Below, one piece after another: positions 12,079 to 24,974 of a DNA stretch of 64,000 nucleotides. Under the pieces are notes generated by a model that worked only from the letters and a program-made list of their open reading frames with translations, made no database searches and was not told the origin of the DNA. The stretch spans positions 1 to 64,000 of the forward strand of contig CAJFCJ010000023.1 in the NCBI GenBank assembly GCA_904063045.1. Reading direction: 5' to 3'. Positions within the stretch are counted from its first letter, which is position 1; each line of letters opens with the position of its first letter. The position numbers were made by a program, and so were the translations under genes. This DNA comes from Dimorphilus gyrociliatus (taxonomy: Eukaryota > Animalia > Annelida).

Positions 12079-12869
12079 AGGTTTTGCGGTTGTTTGGTTT
12101 TGTATGGATAACTTCTATTTTGCAGCTTTCCGTATAGATGTTGGTGAAATTTTATAGTGATACCTCCCTTCAAAAGGGCTATTTTTGTGCTCAATATCTA
12201 TTAATAGGATATGTTTTGAGTCAAATATTATGAAAAAATGATAATTAATACAAAATATTTAATATTTAATATTAAAATGTATCTTAGACATAAGAGATTT
12301 CCATTTAATTATAGTTTTGTATACTTTTTCTCAAATAACATTTTCTGTTATCAAATACGCTTGATTCTATTACTTTTTATATCTTCTAAACACTTGTCCT
12401 AAATGTTCTATCACGTGATCTTAACTGTTCGTTTTTTTTTGGATTCTATTTGATCATTTTGTAGGAAAATTGTATTTATCAACTAGATGAATTATATATA
12501 CAGGTAAAAAAATAACTGTTTACACGCTATATTTGTATGTACATTCGTTTATACAGCTGATTGATAAAAGCTCAGATGAGCCATTATAGATTATGAAGAA
12601 AGTCATGATTGAATCGTGTATTCTAGAATAATGATATGCATAAATTAAGATAAAAATGTTCAAAACAATTGAATTCTTACCATATATGGTAAAATAATGA
12701 TTATGAAAATGGAGGGTTTTCTATGGTTTGCATTACAAGATTGTTTTTGCATAAGACTATTTTATGTTTGTTTCTTTAATAAAGAAAAGAGGACATAACA
12801 AAGTATATTTTATTTAAAAAAGATCAAAAGTCTACTAATTGAATTAATTAAATTAATATTAATTAAGAA

Positions 12870-14953
12870 TTATTCGTTATTCATTAATTTTACTCTTATT
12901 TGTTGTCCATATTTTACATTTAGTATTTTATATTGTCTAGAATCGGATTTTTCAGAATCAGTATCTTCTGTATCTAGTAGAAAAATAGATTAATAGTTAG
13001 ATTAGTTAATTAGTTAGTATCGTCATTTGTATACAAACTTCTATTAACTGTTAGTTTGCATTGGGATATTATACTACCAATTTCATTTTCAGCTCTGCAT
13101 TCTATATTTCCTTCTTCTAGTTTTTGAACAGATTTCATTATTAATTTACAATTATTATTTAATAGTTGATTCTTATATCCGTCAAATATTTCTCTTCCAC
13201 CTCTATACCATCTTACGTTGGGATGTGGATTTCCCACAACTTCACAATCGAACATTGCAACAGACCCCTCGCTGATTATAACATTCGTCGGATGCCTAGT
13301 AAATCTTGGTAATGATAGTTCTATTATGGATTATCAATTATTAATGAAAGGTAAAATTGAATAAGGGTAGTAAGAATCTATTACCGTAACTCTCTTTCCA
13401 CATAAAGGCGTCCGAATAGCCTGAAAATTTACCTATATTTTTACCGTCCAGTGCTAATCCAACTCTAAATTGATAACAATAACCAGGAGTCAAGTGCTTT
13501 AGTACTATCGACTGAGAATTTACTGGAAATCTAATTGTTCTAACGAATCTGGTTCCTCGAATCTCTCTTTGTTCAATAATAAGATTTTTTGCATTTTGTA
13601 CATATTCATTTATTTTTAATATAACTTTTCCATCTTTTTGTCTAACAATTTGTGGAATTTTTGGTACTTGGATATCTGTTTCTGTGTCGGTAAAGCAATA
13701 ACGATAAATCATTTTTTGTTTATTGTTTTTGTAATTGAAAAGCAGGTTAGTTTTTATTAATATTACATTATTACCTTTGACCTCTTTTAAAATAACTGGT
13801 TCACCAAGAAATGATGGTTCGCTTTGTCCAAATAAAGTAATATTACTTAATCTGAACCAATATTTAATACCAGACGTTAAATTGACCAATTCGCAATCTT
13901 TTGCTGTTGAAGGAATGTCGGAAACTTTTTCCCATCTTTCATATTTTGTTTATGGAATAAAATAACGATTAGGCAACGAAATTTAAGATTAAAACCTGTT
14001 TTTTGTTTTTTTACCTATCTTTCTTTTCATGCATCATTTCTAAAAGGTAATGATCTACAGGAATTTTAGAAGAGTTTTTAGGGCATTCCCAATATAAACA
14101 AACTCTTCCTCTTCCAATTTGAGAAGCTGATAACTTCACAGGACCCTGAGGCTTATCTTCAAAGAGAAAAGGAAAGAACAAAAAACTTCATTTTTTCTTT
14201 GTATCCACTTAATAAGGTAATTTAATACTTACCCGCTAAATTACGTTTATCTCCGTAGTGTGATCCATTTCTTTCATTCCAATTACGACATTTAACAATG
14301 GAATCCGTATCGCTTCCCTCGTCCCTTTCTTTTTGTAGGCCAACTTTAAAAGCGTTTATTTCATTGAAATCTCGACGACAGTCAATTACAATACTACTAT
14401 CCAAATCGAGATTAATCTACAATTGAATAAATAAGGATAACTAGAATGGTTTCAACTTAAAATCTATGATATATGGATTAGTATAGCAACAAAAAGGAAA
14501 AAGAAAAACTGGAACTCATTAACCAGTTTATTTTACAAGTTTTATTTTTGAAAGAAATTCAAGTGGTGTCGATATATTTCTTTACCATTTGCTTATCGAA
14601 TTATTTACAGTTAACTATAGAAATTATATGGATCTTTTCGTATTATCTTTTTAAATAAATATTTGATTAATAGATTATTAAAAAGATATCGTCGAGTTTG
14701 TTCTTGCGCAAAATTTTGTATCAAATTCAAGATGGAAATTATAAGGATTGTATAATGGAAACAATCGATTATTCAATCTATTCAATCTTTTTAAAAGCCT
14801 TACCCGAAATGGTAATTCTTCAACAAAAACCGGTGGTAAATTTTTAGATGCCTTACAATTGACCTGCAAATCGTCATCTTCGTACATTTCAACATTCCTT
14901 TGTAGTTTCTTTATAAAAACTGGCTTCATTTTTTGTTCTTTAGCCTTCTCCAT
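12870..14953 (-). CDS. Ig/FN3 protein (partial Ig, FN3, FN3, Ig); either a separate gene or the 5' part of the titin-like gene
   Basis: KPVFIKKL..LQVNCK; FN3 KPQGPVKLSASQIGRGRVCLYWECPK..DHYLLE joined to WEKV..LVNLTSGIKYWFRL; second FN3 ..LTPGYCYQFRVG; Ig FDCEVVGNPHPNVRWYRGGREI..IECRAENEIG. Possible terminal exon from 12974 with stop at 12870. Start and end are uncertain. Confidence 0.7.
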
Positions 14954-15109
14954 GCAACTATTCGGCGAAAAGCTTGGGCTAGAAATAAAAATTATCATAT
15001 ATTCTCATATTTATTTAGGCTATCCAGGTATGCATGCAACCGGCAAACACTTTGCAGTCTGCCCTTACTGCAGTTCGGGAGTCTGGCTCGTTGTTTTCAT
15101 ACTTGTGTT

Positions 15110-15123
15110 GTAACCATGGCAAC
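15110..15123 (+). promoter_or_regulatory. RFX X-box about 160 bp upstream of the Ig/FN3 gene start
   Basis: GTAACCATGGCAAC matches GTHNYY-AT-RRNAAC. Confidence 0.6.
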
Positions 15124-15402
15124 GAACATTTGGATTGCAGTTTTTCATATCATTTTTGACTTATTCATTAGCTAAAGCCTAAAGTAGAATAATAAAAAAG
15201 TTTTATTGTTCTCTTTTCAACAATTTCTTCTAAATTTCTATATACAAAAACAGTTTTATTACGATAAAAAACTGTGTATTAAAAGAATATACTGTATATA
15301 AAACAAACATAGAGGTATTGGAATGGACACAATTTATATACTGTATATAGAATTTATATTGTTTGCTTTCCTTTCTTTCAACTAACTTTAGATTGTATCC
15401 AA

Positions 15403-16380
15403 TTAACATTTTGTTTTAGTTGATTTTAAACAAAAACATTGTTTAATTCTATTCAATTTCAATAAGAGACTGCATTTAAAATCTTTATTAGTTGTCCCAT
15501 AGATAATACTATTAAAGAATCCATTCAGAGCTAGAACATAAATTGAAATTATACTAAATAAGTTATTACCATTTTGTCTTAAAAGAAATATAATTATTAT
15601 ATCAACAACAGTTGGAGTCCATGATAAGTAAAATGTCATTACAATTAAAAATAGGGTTTTCATTCCTTTCATACTATTTGATGATTTATTATTTCTAATT
15701 GCCATATTTAAATTTGTAATTCTCATTAATCTCTTTTTAATAATCGCAATATGGATAAAAATAAAACAAAGTAGAAAAGTTGTTACACCATATTCAAGAA
15801 AGAAGCCTGTAGTCCATAAAATTATGTTATCTTCTAGTGTGATTACACATAAAAAAGGGGAAAGGTATAGTTTGGCACCATTGCTTCTCATAGCCAATGT
15901 AATACCCAGAACGTGAAATATTACATTTAAAAGTACCAATATCATAGCCTTCTTCTTATTGACAAACCTCTGATATAGCATTGGTTTGGATATAAATGCA
16001 TACCTATCCAAGTTTAAAAACAATAAGGTTAAAATTGAAAATCCACTTGCTGCAGGGAACAATGTAGCTTGTATTAAGCAGTTACGTTTCGATAACTTCT
16101 TTGTTAAATCGGCAATGAGTGTTGACCAACAAAGAAACACTCCAAATAAAATATCCGCAGTGGACAGTATTAGCATAAGTAAACCATTTACGTTGTATAA
16201 TTTTGTTGTTGTTAAAATGGTACTGATGGTGCAAATATTTGCAATTAAAATTAGAGCAAAAATCAAATAACTGCACCGGTAAATCATATGAATATCCGGC
16301 ACCAAAATATATTCGTTTTCCGTTTCGTTGACAACGGGACAATAGAAACAGGTATAGTTGTATTCACTCTTAAAGTTCAT
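15403..16380 (-). CDS. Orphan class A (rhodopsin-like) GPCR, single coding exon
   Basis: Seven hydrophobic segments, TM2 ILSTAD, DRY (NLDRY), TM6 FYLSWTP, TM7 NSIIY. First ATG at 16380; the track start at 16401 is a GTG. Confidence 0.9.
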   Translation of the reverse strand: MNFKSEYNYTCFYCPVVNETENEYILVPDIHMIYRCSYLIFALILIANICTISTILTTTKLYNVNGLLMLILSTADILFGVFLCWSTLIADLTKKLSKRNCLIQATLFPAASGFSILTLLFLNLDRYAFISKPMLYQRFVNKKKAMILVLLNVIFHVLGITLAMRSNGAKLYLSPFLCVITLEDNIILWTTGFFLEYGVTTFLLCFIFIHIAIIKKRLMRITNLNMAIRNNKSSNSMKGMKTLFLIVMTFYLSWTPTVVDIIIIFLLRQNGNNLFSIISIYVLALNGFFNSIIYGTTNKDFKCSLLLKLNRIKQCFCLKSTKTKC

Positions 16381-17535
16381 CTTGAAATAACTTTGTACCA
16401 CTAGTAAACAATTGAAAAACTATTGTGATATAAACTCATAAGATTAATTTTAGGTACCTGGAAAATATACTTTAATTATTCTTGATGATGTAAAATTGAA
16501 AAGAAGATCAGATAATCAATTTTCTTTTTGTCTTTGTGTAACCCTGACAACTTGTAGCTTGAAAAAAAATTGAAAAAATAAGGGAGAAAGAAAAAGAGAG
16601 ATATATAGATCCAAGGAGGTAAAGTCTATCTGCACAGAAAGACAGAGTGACAGAGATTGAGGCCACTCACATACAGGAGATGACAGAGACGGACACATAG
16701 GGAACAACAAATCAGAAAAAAATGCTGTATCTTTCACTTATACTTATTAAAATTAAAAAAACTGAAGGATGAAAAGAAATATTAATGCCTGAAAAGAAGA
16801 GGAAACCGTTTATTGGTTCCTATCTTCTTCCTGTTGAACAATCTATCAATGTCAAGTATATACTGAAAAGGCACCTTCATCCGTAAAGGCGTATGTCTCT
16901 TTAACATAAAGAATAGGATAAAAATTGTGTACGTTGTAAAATATTTACTTTAAAGAAGTGTTTAATAACATTTCATTTTTTCTATTTTATATCAATCTAT
17001 GAATAATTAAAGAGGACAACCAAACCTAATAATTAATATGAACGTATAACTTTGAGGTTTTTATAAGGGAGAAAGGGAGTTTTCACTCTAGATTGTCTTG
17101 ATAAACATACAAATCTCTTTTTTCGTTTTACTGTTTTGTTTTTTCTTTCTGGTAGCGCCACCTTATTTATTTGGAGTAAGAATCATACTACATGTTTCTA
17201 TCTACTATCATTATCTATTTTCTTATTTTGATAGGGAATAAATAAATTTACTATTCTATTTAATTTATTCAAGCATAAATCAGATCGCACTGTAAGTATT
17301 TCGAGTATTTTAATTATCATTTGCATCCGAAAATGAAGAATTTAAAAAAATATAGGTCAAAGTAAAATAAACGCCTCATTATATAATGGATCTTTGATTG
17401 ATGGTGGAAAAACTCCAATTATTAGTCAAAAATGATAATTCCAATGAAAATTCACAATTGGACTGTGCTAATATGAGTTTATATTTACAATCTTTCATTT
17501 ACAGTAATAGAAACTACTACCGTTGGGAAAAAGAA

Positions 17536-19057
17536 ATGTCGGCTAAGGATATCATTATTCTCTCTATATTCTTAACAGTGTTAATAGAGAGAAGCTTTGA
17601 ATATTGCTCTACGGAAGAAAAATCTAATAGACATTATGGAACTTATACGTCATACGATAATTCATTCGAAGAGAGTCAGTTGACTAATTTGAACAGTAAT
17701 GTAACAATGATATATTTCATTGGGAGGCATGGTTCCAGACAGGAAAGTGGTAGTGGAATTCGAAACTGGAGAAAGTATTTACCCGAATTACAAGAAATAT
17801 TAGAGAAAAACCAATTGGCAGTTGATGTTTGTAGAGAAGATATTGAATCCATTATTAATTGGAAGTTAAATATAAGCATTAAAGACAGCTATAAATTACT
17901 AGAAATTGGTAAAAATGAGCAAAAATCAATAGCGAAACGACTTTTAATCAAATTTCCGCGTTTTTTTAATAATCTTCGAAATGTTGAACAATTAGATTTT
18001 CAATCTTCAAATACTGATAGAACTTATCAATCCGCTTATGAATTTCTTTCAACTATTTTTAAGGGTAGAAATATTAGTTTTAATATTAAAAGATCGCGTA
18101 AATCAGATAACTTAATTAGGTCATACAAGAATTTCGATCCATCGTATACGAAGAGATCTGAAAAGATTCAATTAAAAATTGAGAATTTTCTCAAGTCTGA
18201 TGAGATACAAGAAATTTTAAAATCAATACCAATGGTAACAAACTTAAATTTAGATTTTCATCCTCAATTACTGTTGACTATTTGGAGGTCATGCGCATAC
18301 GAATATCTATCCTTAGAATCATCGCCATGGTGCGCAGTATTTAATGACAAAGTATTGAAAATTCTCGAATTTCTAGATGATGCCAGATACTATAACCTTC
18401 AAGGTTATGGGCTATCACCAGCTCAAAAGTCTGCTTGTGTAATTATAAGAGATGTATGGGAAAATATCCATCTGTCAAAGGCAGGTATGTATTTATTATT
18501 ATAACTATAAATACTTCCATCTCCTGTCCGTTGGTCTCTGTTAAATAGAATCTAGCAGGTTTGTTGGACGGTGGGGTCATACTGGAACAATGAATACTTT
18601 ATACACAATATTGAATCTTTTTAACCAAGATGATGATAAATTAATGATTGGAGATATTCATCCAAATCCTAAGAGAAAATGGCGAATGAGTAAGATAACG
18701 CCTATGAGTGGAAATTTAATATTTGTCCAATATTCAATAAAAGAACGCTTTTATGTAAGAATACTTTTATCTACGACAAAACAGTTATAACAATCATTTA
18801 TTGGTCTATAAACGTTTTCAATTATCTCTTCCTTTCAGATGCAAGTCTATCATAACGAAAGGATAATAAAGCTAGACAGTTGTAAAAGCGAATTATGTAG
18901 TATGAAAGAATTAAATGAATCATGGAATATGATTATTCATAATTGTAACATTGATATCAACTATTTAAATTCTAGCGGTTGTTCGTTGCATTATTCTCTT
19001 TACTTTAATCTTTTATTAATTAATTCTCTAATATTATTTTACTTAACATATATTTAA
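17536..19057 (+). CDS. MINPP1: Multiple inositol polyphosphate phosphatase-like histidine acid phosphatase (3 exons)
   Basis: Signal peptide MSAKDIIILSIFLTVLI; RHGSR; CAYE..SPWCAVF; LEFLDDARYY..GYG; KWRMSKITPMSGNL. Exons 17536-18484, 18549-18754 and 18839-19057 are phase-consistent. Hydrophobic C-terminus. Confidence 0.85.
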
Positions 19058-19496
19058 AAAACTTGATAGAATAAAGAACAAAAAGTAGACAGAGGAATTG
19101 TCTATGTTCAGTATTCGTTAACTTTCTATGTTCAATATGGAGAGAGTAGTAATCTACATTAAAATCAATAGTAAACTATGTAAATACTCTCTTTTTAGAT
19201 GATAGCTCAACTCATATTGTTGCGTGTGTGTGTGTGTTTCAGTCTTTTTTTTAAATACAAATTGTGTGGCTAAATGTAAATTACTGCGTCACTAATTTAA
19301 CTGATTTTGATACCTTTAGATGTTGTCTCAAATTTGGAGCTATAAATCTCTACCAGTTAGTCAATAAATCCATCTTTTTGTTTAAACTAGCATCAACTAC
19401 AAACAGGTTAGACATATAGTGAATAGTTGTAACTGATTTTTGAGCAGTGAGAATGATAGATTTAGTTTCTTTTTTTATACTCTTAAAGATATTATC

Positions 19497-19970
19497 ATGG
19501 AATGGGAAGATAATAATAAACTATTATCAGAGAAACATAATGAAGGTATTCATATCGGAATCTGCAGGTCACCTCCTCCACCATACGATAACGAAGGAGT
19601 TAATAAGGATTTTCTTCAACTCAAAAAAGATAATAAAGAAATTAAAGATTTTCTAGTAAATATTAGTTTGTTTTTCTTTTGTTTTTTATTAAAAATTCTA
19701 AGTGATATTGAAATATTTTAGATTTTTAGTGTATTTTGCCTTATCTTATGGTCCTGGCCGTTTGGATTAATTGCAGTTTACTCTAGTCTCTATTGCAGAA
19801 GAGCAAAGGCAAACCATAATAATATACTAGCAAAAAAGTACTCGGGCAGAGCATTCTTGTGTAATTTATTGTCAATTCTATTCGGATTAAATAGCTACAT
19901 ACTATTAGTATATTACACATGTAGCCAAAGTAAAGGTTATGATAATCCTAATAACCCTTTAGTCAAATAA
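19497..19970 (+). CDS. CD225/dispanin family membrane protein (IFITM/PRRT/SynDIG-like), 2 exons
   Basis: Exon 19497-19655 (contains PPPPY), intron 19656-19721, exon 19722-19970: DFL|IFSVFCLILWSWPFGLIAVYSSLYCRRAKANHNNILAKKYSGRAFLCNLLSILFG, a typical CD225 pattern. Confidence 0.8.
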
Positions 19971-20107
19971 CCTGTTTCTGAAATACAAAGCCAATATTTA
20001 TTTTTCAACTATTCATTTACTTTTAACAATGAGAAAAGTATTTTTATTTCACTTTTAGAGTCCTTGGCTCCTTTTCACTTGAATATATACACACAGCATA
20101 TACCTTT

Positions 20108-20190
20108 AGAGAGAGAGAAAGGGGAGAGAAAGAGAGAAAGAGAGAGAGAGAGACAGAGAGACAGAGGAGGAGGGGAGTGAGAGAAAAAAG
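20108..20190. repeat. Imperfect (AG)n purine-rich microsatellite
   Basis: agagagagagaaaggggagagaaagagagaaagagagagag... Confidence 0.9.
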
Positions 20191-21088
20191 TTTCTTTGAA
20201 CTTTTTGCTCAAGGTCATGTAGATATTCCAAAATATTATGAATGCATACTAGAGAACTAACATTGCAATTGCACAAAATGATGATAAACTACATGTATAT
20301 ATATAGAGAGAAATATGATAATTATGGATTATGAAGAAACGTAACGCTTGAGGAGGAAAAAGATAAAGAAATACACAGACATCAAATACCTGGAATTTCG
20401 GTATGAGTCATTAAAAACAAGACGAAAACTGGAACAGAACTATTTTTATAATAAACAGTATATGCATATATATAAACAACATTTTCGAGGGACAAAATAA
20501 CAGTTGTTGAGAAAATATGAACGTTCTTTTGAAAGTAGATGATAAAAAATGAAGTACACTGCAATAAGGGATTAGGCTAAAATTCATAATCGATAAAATT
20601 CTTATAGTATATATATATATATATTAGATTCGGCGCAATAGGAGAAAATTTCGTCACGAAATATTTTTTACCACGCATATTTACAATGTATTGTAAAAGG
20701 AGGCCTAGATAGAGGAGGTAGACTACGCAGAAAAAAAATTATTGTGCAATCCTTCCAGCAACCAATCCCATCAATACCACAAAAATTTTACCCATAAAAT
20801 TCTACTTATAAAAAAAATATTTGTAAAGACCTTTACCGTTAGGTTTTCTTTTCTAACAAAGAAAAAGAGAAGGTAAAAGAGAGAAACGTTTAGGAGAGAG
20901 GGGGAAAAAAAGAAGAGAATTGGATTTAAAAGAGATTATACAGACTGACTAAAACTTGAGAAAATGTATGTTATTTTAATATTCTAAATAAATTAAGCAA
21001 AAAAAAAGGTTGATTTTTTTTTCTATTTTAGAAGAAAATTATTAAAAATTAATAATAAAATTTCAATTAAAATTATTATTAAATTACA

Positions 21089-24000
21089 ATGTTTGAAACT
21101 TGGAAAATTTTCATTATTCAAGTATTATTAACTTCAGGTACGTATCTTATATTCAATGCAATAAACCCAAAAAAAACAAGAAAAAAACCATGTCAATTAA
21201 ATTTTAATTAAATAGGAAATATCTAAACATTCTGTATCTTTTCCTACCATCTTCTCAACCATTCTAAAAGAAATTATTTAGAAATAGGATCATGGAAGTT
21301 CTCTTAGAAAATCATCGTTACTATAACTATTATTATTATTATTATTCTTGTTATCAGTACATATATACAGTATATATATATATATATTAATATTGTTTAT
21401 GCATCATCTTTTCTTTATTCAGTTTAAACACTAAAATACATACATTTACATTTATTTATTATTATTCTTAATACAATATTTCTATAGGTGAAAGACTTGT
21501 CTGGCACTGCGATTTTGATGATAGTGTTTGTCAATATTCGAATACTGAACTTGGCAAATACAACCTTTTCCAATTTCGTCGATTATCTGATTTAATACCA
21601 GATCATAGTTCCATAAATGGTTCTCTTTTTTTTAACCAGTGTTTTTATTTTTAATTAGTGACAACATTTAATCTTTATACAAACAATTTTCTAGTTATTC
21701 TCTTTAATAATAATCGCAGGTTCGTACATGTTCGCTGAAGTTAATCCTTATGAGAGGGAAGCGTATCTTATATCACCTGATCTTTCATTTCTGGATAAGA
21801 TTAAGATTAATGGAATATGCCTAGAATTCTACACTCATATAGATTTTCCCCACTTCTTAAAAGTTTACTTAGCTTTTAAATCAAGGATAGTAAAGAGAGA
21901 AATATTTTATACTTCTCCAAACCAAAACAATCTATGGGTATACCAAAAAATTCAATACGGCTCTCAAATCGATACAGTAAAATCTTCTTTCTTTGTTCTG
22001 TTTTTTTTTCTTTTATTGTTTACTTTCGTTTCATTCTATAGTTTATCATACATTTTTTTATTATATAAATAGATTATTTTTATTGCTGAGAGAGGGAAAA
22101 GAATAACTGGGGGTGTGGCTATTGATGACATAAGAATAATTGAATGTCAAGGTATAAGATTTCACTACTACTTGCTGAATAGACTGAATTTTAAATATCG
22201 ATATACAGTATAGGAGATAAACAGTATATACAGTATATATATTTATATGTTTACATTTTCGTCTTTATAGTTGCCAATGAAACTGCTGCAACGCCTTCTA
22301 AAAATGAAGAAAGTAATTCATAACATAATTCACATTCAAACGCTAAAATCTTATTGTTTTCTATTTTATTTTTGTTCAATCTGAAAAGAAAACTCCAAAA
22401 CATTACTCGAATGTTCATTCGATACCGATCTTTGTTTTTACGAACAATCATCAACTGACGAATTTAAATGGTTTGTTGGAGAGCATACTCTAACGCCTGA
22501 AACTGGTCCGCAAACTGCTCTTAGTGGAAGTTTCATTTATGTTGAAGCATCAAAAGGAGACGAAGGAAATGAAGCATATCTAAAATCGCCTATAGTAATA
22601 ATAAATCAAACGGTTTGCATAGTTTTCTTTTATCATATGTATGGCATGGACGTTGGAAATTTAATAGCAAATTTAATTATTAACGATGAGATGAATGGTG
22701 AAGAAAACATATCTAATTTTAGACACGTACTTGTAAATTCCAAACATAATCTTGGCGACATATGGAATGAATTTCGATTCAACTTTCCGAAGAAATATAT
22801 GAACAAAGTATAAAAAATTTCTTCAAAACCCTTTCCATTTGATTTTCTTATATTGTATATTCCTATATAGAAAGTTCAGTTAGAATTTATAGCTATAAGA
22901 GGTTCTGGTATAGAAGGAGATATCGCCATAGACGAAATAACACTGTTAGATGGTAATTGTCAAATATACTTTACACCAGAGGATTTAAATTGTTCTTTTG
23001 AGGTTAACGCCTGCCGATATCAGACAATATCAGAAAGTCGATTTAATTGGCGTATTGGAGATCATACCAGTACTTCAGATACTGGTCCTCAAAGACCAAT
23101 TAAAGGCATACTTTATTGCATATAACTATCCGAAAGGCCACAATAATAATTTTCTTATATTCCCTTTTATAAGGTAAATTCATTTACGCCGAAGCATCAA
23201 TGGGTAGCTGGAATGATAAGACATTTTTACAGTCTGTGAAAGTGAAATTTACTAAAGACTACTGCCTGTCATTCTATTATCAGATGTATGGAAAAGATAT
23301 GGGAAGTTTAGATATTTATTTGTTAATCTATAACTCAAATGGTACAGTTATTACAAATAAAATAGATGTATTGAAAAAAGTTGATAGCCTTGGTCTATTA
23401 TGGAGGTTGAAAACATTTAATATTCCTGAGAAAGTGTGGCAAAAAGTTTGTTTTATTTATCTATTTCCTTTTCTCTTCCTCTTTTTCTTCTAGTCTCCGA
23501 TATATTTACGTTTATTCCCATCTACTTCTTCATATTTCTTAGCCTGTTCAACTAATATTTAAAGCCATTAAAGGATTCGGTGTTGAAAGTGATGTAGCAA
23601 TTGATGAAATACAATTAACAAACGGAAAATGCTTGAAAAATTATAATCCTATTGCCCTACAATGTTCCTTTGAACAAGGCTCTTGTCAATACGAGATTGT
23701 ATCGGATAGTTCGTTTACATGGTACGTTTCCGGTGCTTTTTCGAAAACGTTCGAAACTGGACCAAATACTAAATTCTCAGGTATTTTCACTGTAATATTT
23801 CAGACAAATGTATAAATAAAATGTTCAAAAATATAGGAAACTATCTATATACGGAGTCTTCTAAAGGTAACGAAGCTTCTAAAACCTATCTAAAATCACC
23901 AAGAATCACTTTTGAAACTACTACTTGTGTGTCGTTTTATTATAATATGAACGGAAGAGAAATGGGAAGATTAAATGTTTCATTCGTGACATTTTCTAAA

Positions 24001-24974
24001 AATGGTAATGAAATATTAGAGGAGAATAAAATTCTAGAAGAGTCAAGCAACTTAGGTGATGTTTGGAATAAAATGAATTATCAAATACCCCAAAAAAGCC
24101 TCTATAGAGTTTAGATTTATTTTATTTGTTCTATTAATTTTTTTTTAAAAAAAAAAACAATTTTTATTGGAGAGATGTCGAAGTTTTTAACTATTTATAT
24201 ACGTTTCTTTTCGCAGCCTTCTCAAATTATCTTTCAAGCCACAAGAGGCAATGGTTTTAAAAGTGATATTGCTATAGACGAAATTAAAGTAACCGATGGA
24301 AAATGTATTGATATTGAAGGGGCTACTTATTTGGAATGTTCCTTCGATTTTTCATTTTGTAACTATATAGAACAGAATAATTCTAGTTTTTCCTGGTTGA
24401 TTGGAACGTACACACTGAGCTCTCAAACAGGACCGCAGTATAACTTAATAGGTTAGTGATTTAATGTAAAATATTAACAGATAATCATTATTACATTACA
24501 TTCCAACTTAGGTCCATTTGCCTACGTAGAAGCGTCAAAGGGTAAAACCAACGATCGAGCAGCTCTCTCTTCAAAAATCGTAAAATTTATTAAAACGACA
24601 TGCGTATCGTTTAATTTTCATATGTACGGAAAAGATATGGGAAGATTAATTGTGATTATAAGACTGTTCAAATCAACTGAGAAGAAAGAATATGAAAAAG
24701 TCTCCGATGCAATTATATTAAATGAAACAAGGAATTTGGGTAATATATGGAACTTTGTAAATTACGAAATAAATGGGGACTATTTACTAAAGGTAAATGA
24801 ATCATATAATTAATTAATATACCTTTAATAATTAAGCAGTATGAATTTCTTTTGTATACTTACAAATAATCTACATAGCCAGTTCAACTAATATTTGAAG
24901 CATATAAAGGACACGGATTCAGAAGCGATATTGCTATTGATGAAATTCATCTTTCAGAAAGATCTTGCAACTAA
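21089..24974 (+). CDS. Secreted protein with five tandem MAM domains (MAMDC2-like architecture)
   Basis: Signal exon 21089-21137 (MFETWKIFIIQVLLTS). Five repeats of C.FD/E..C...W...TGP....Y.EAS...CxxFxYxMYG..G.L...W...AIDxI..C. Stop at 24972-24974. No TM or LDLa domain seen. Confidence 0.85.
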
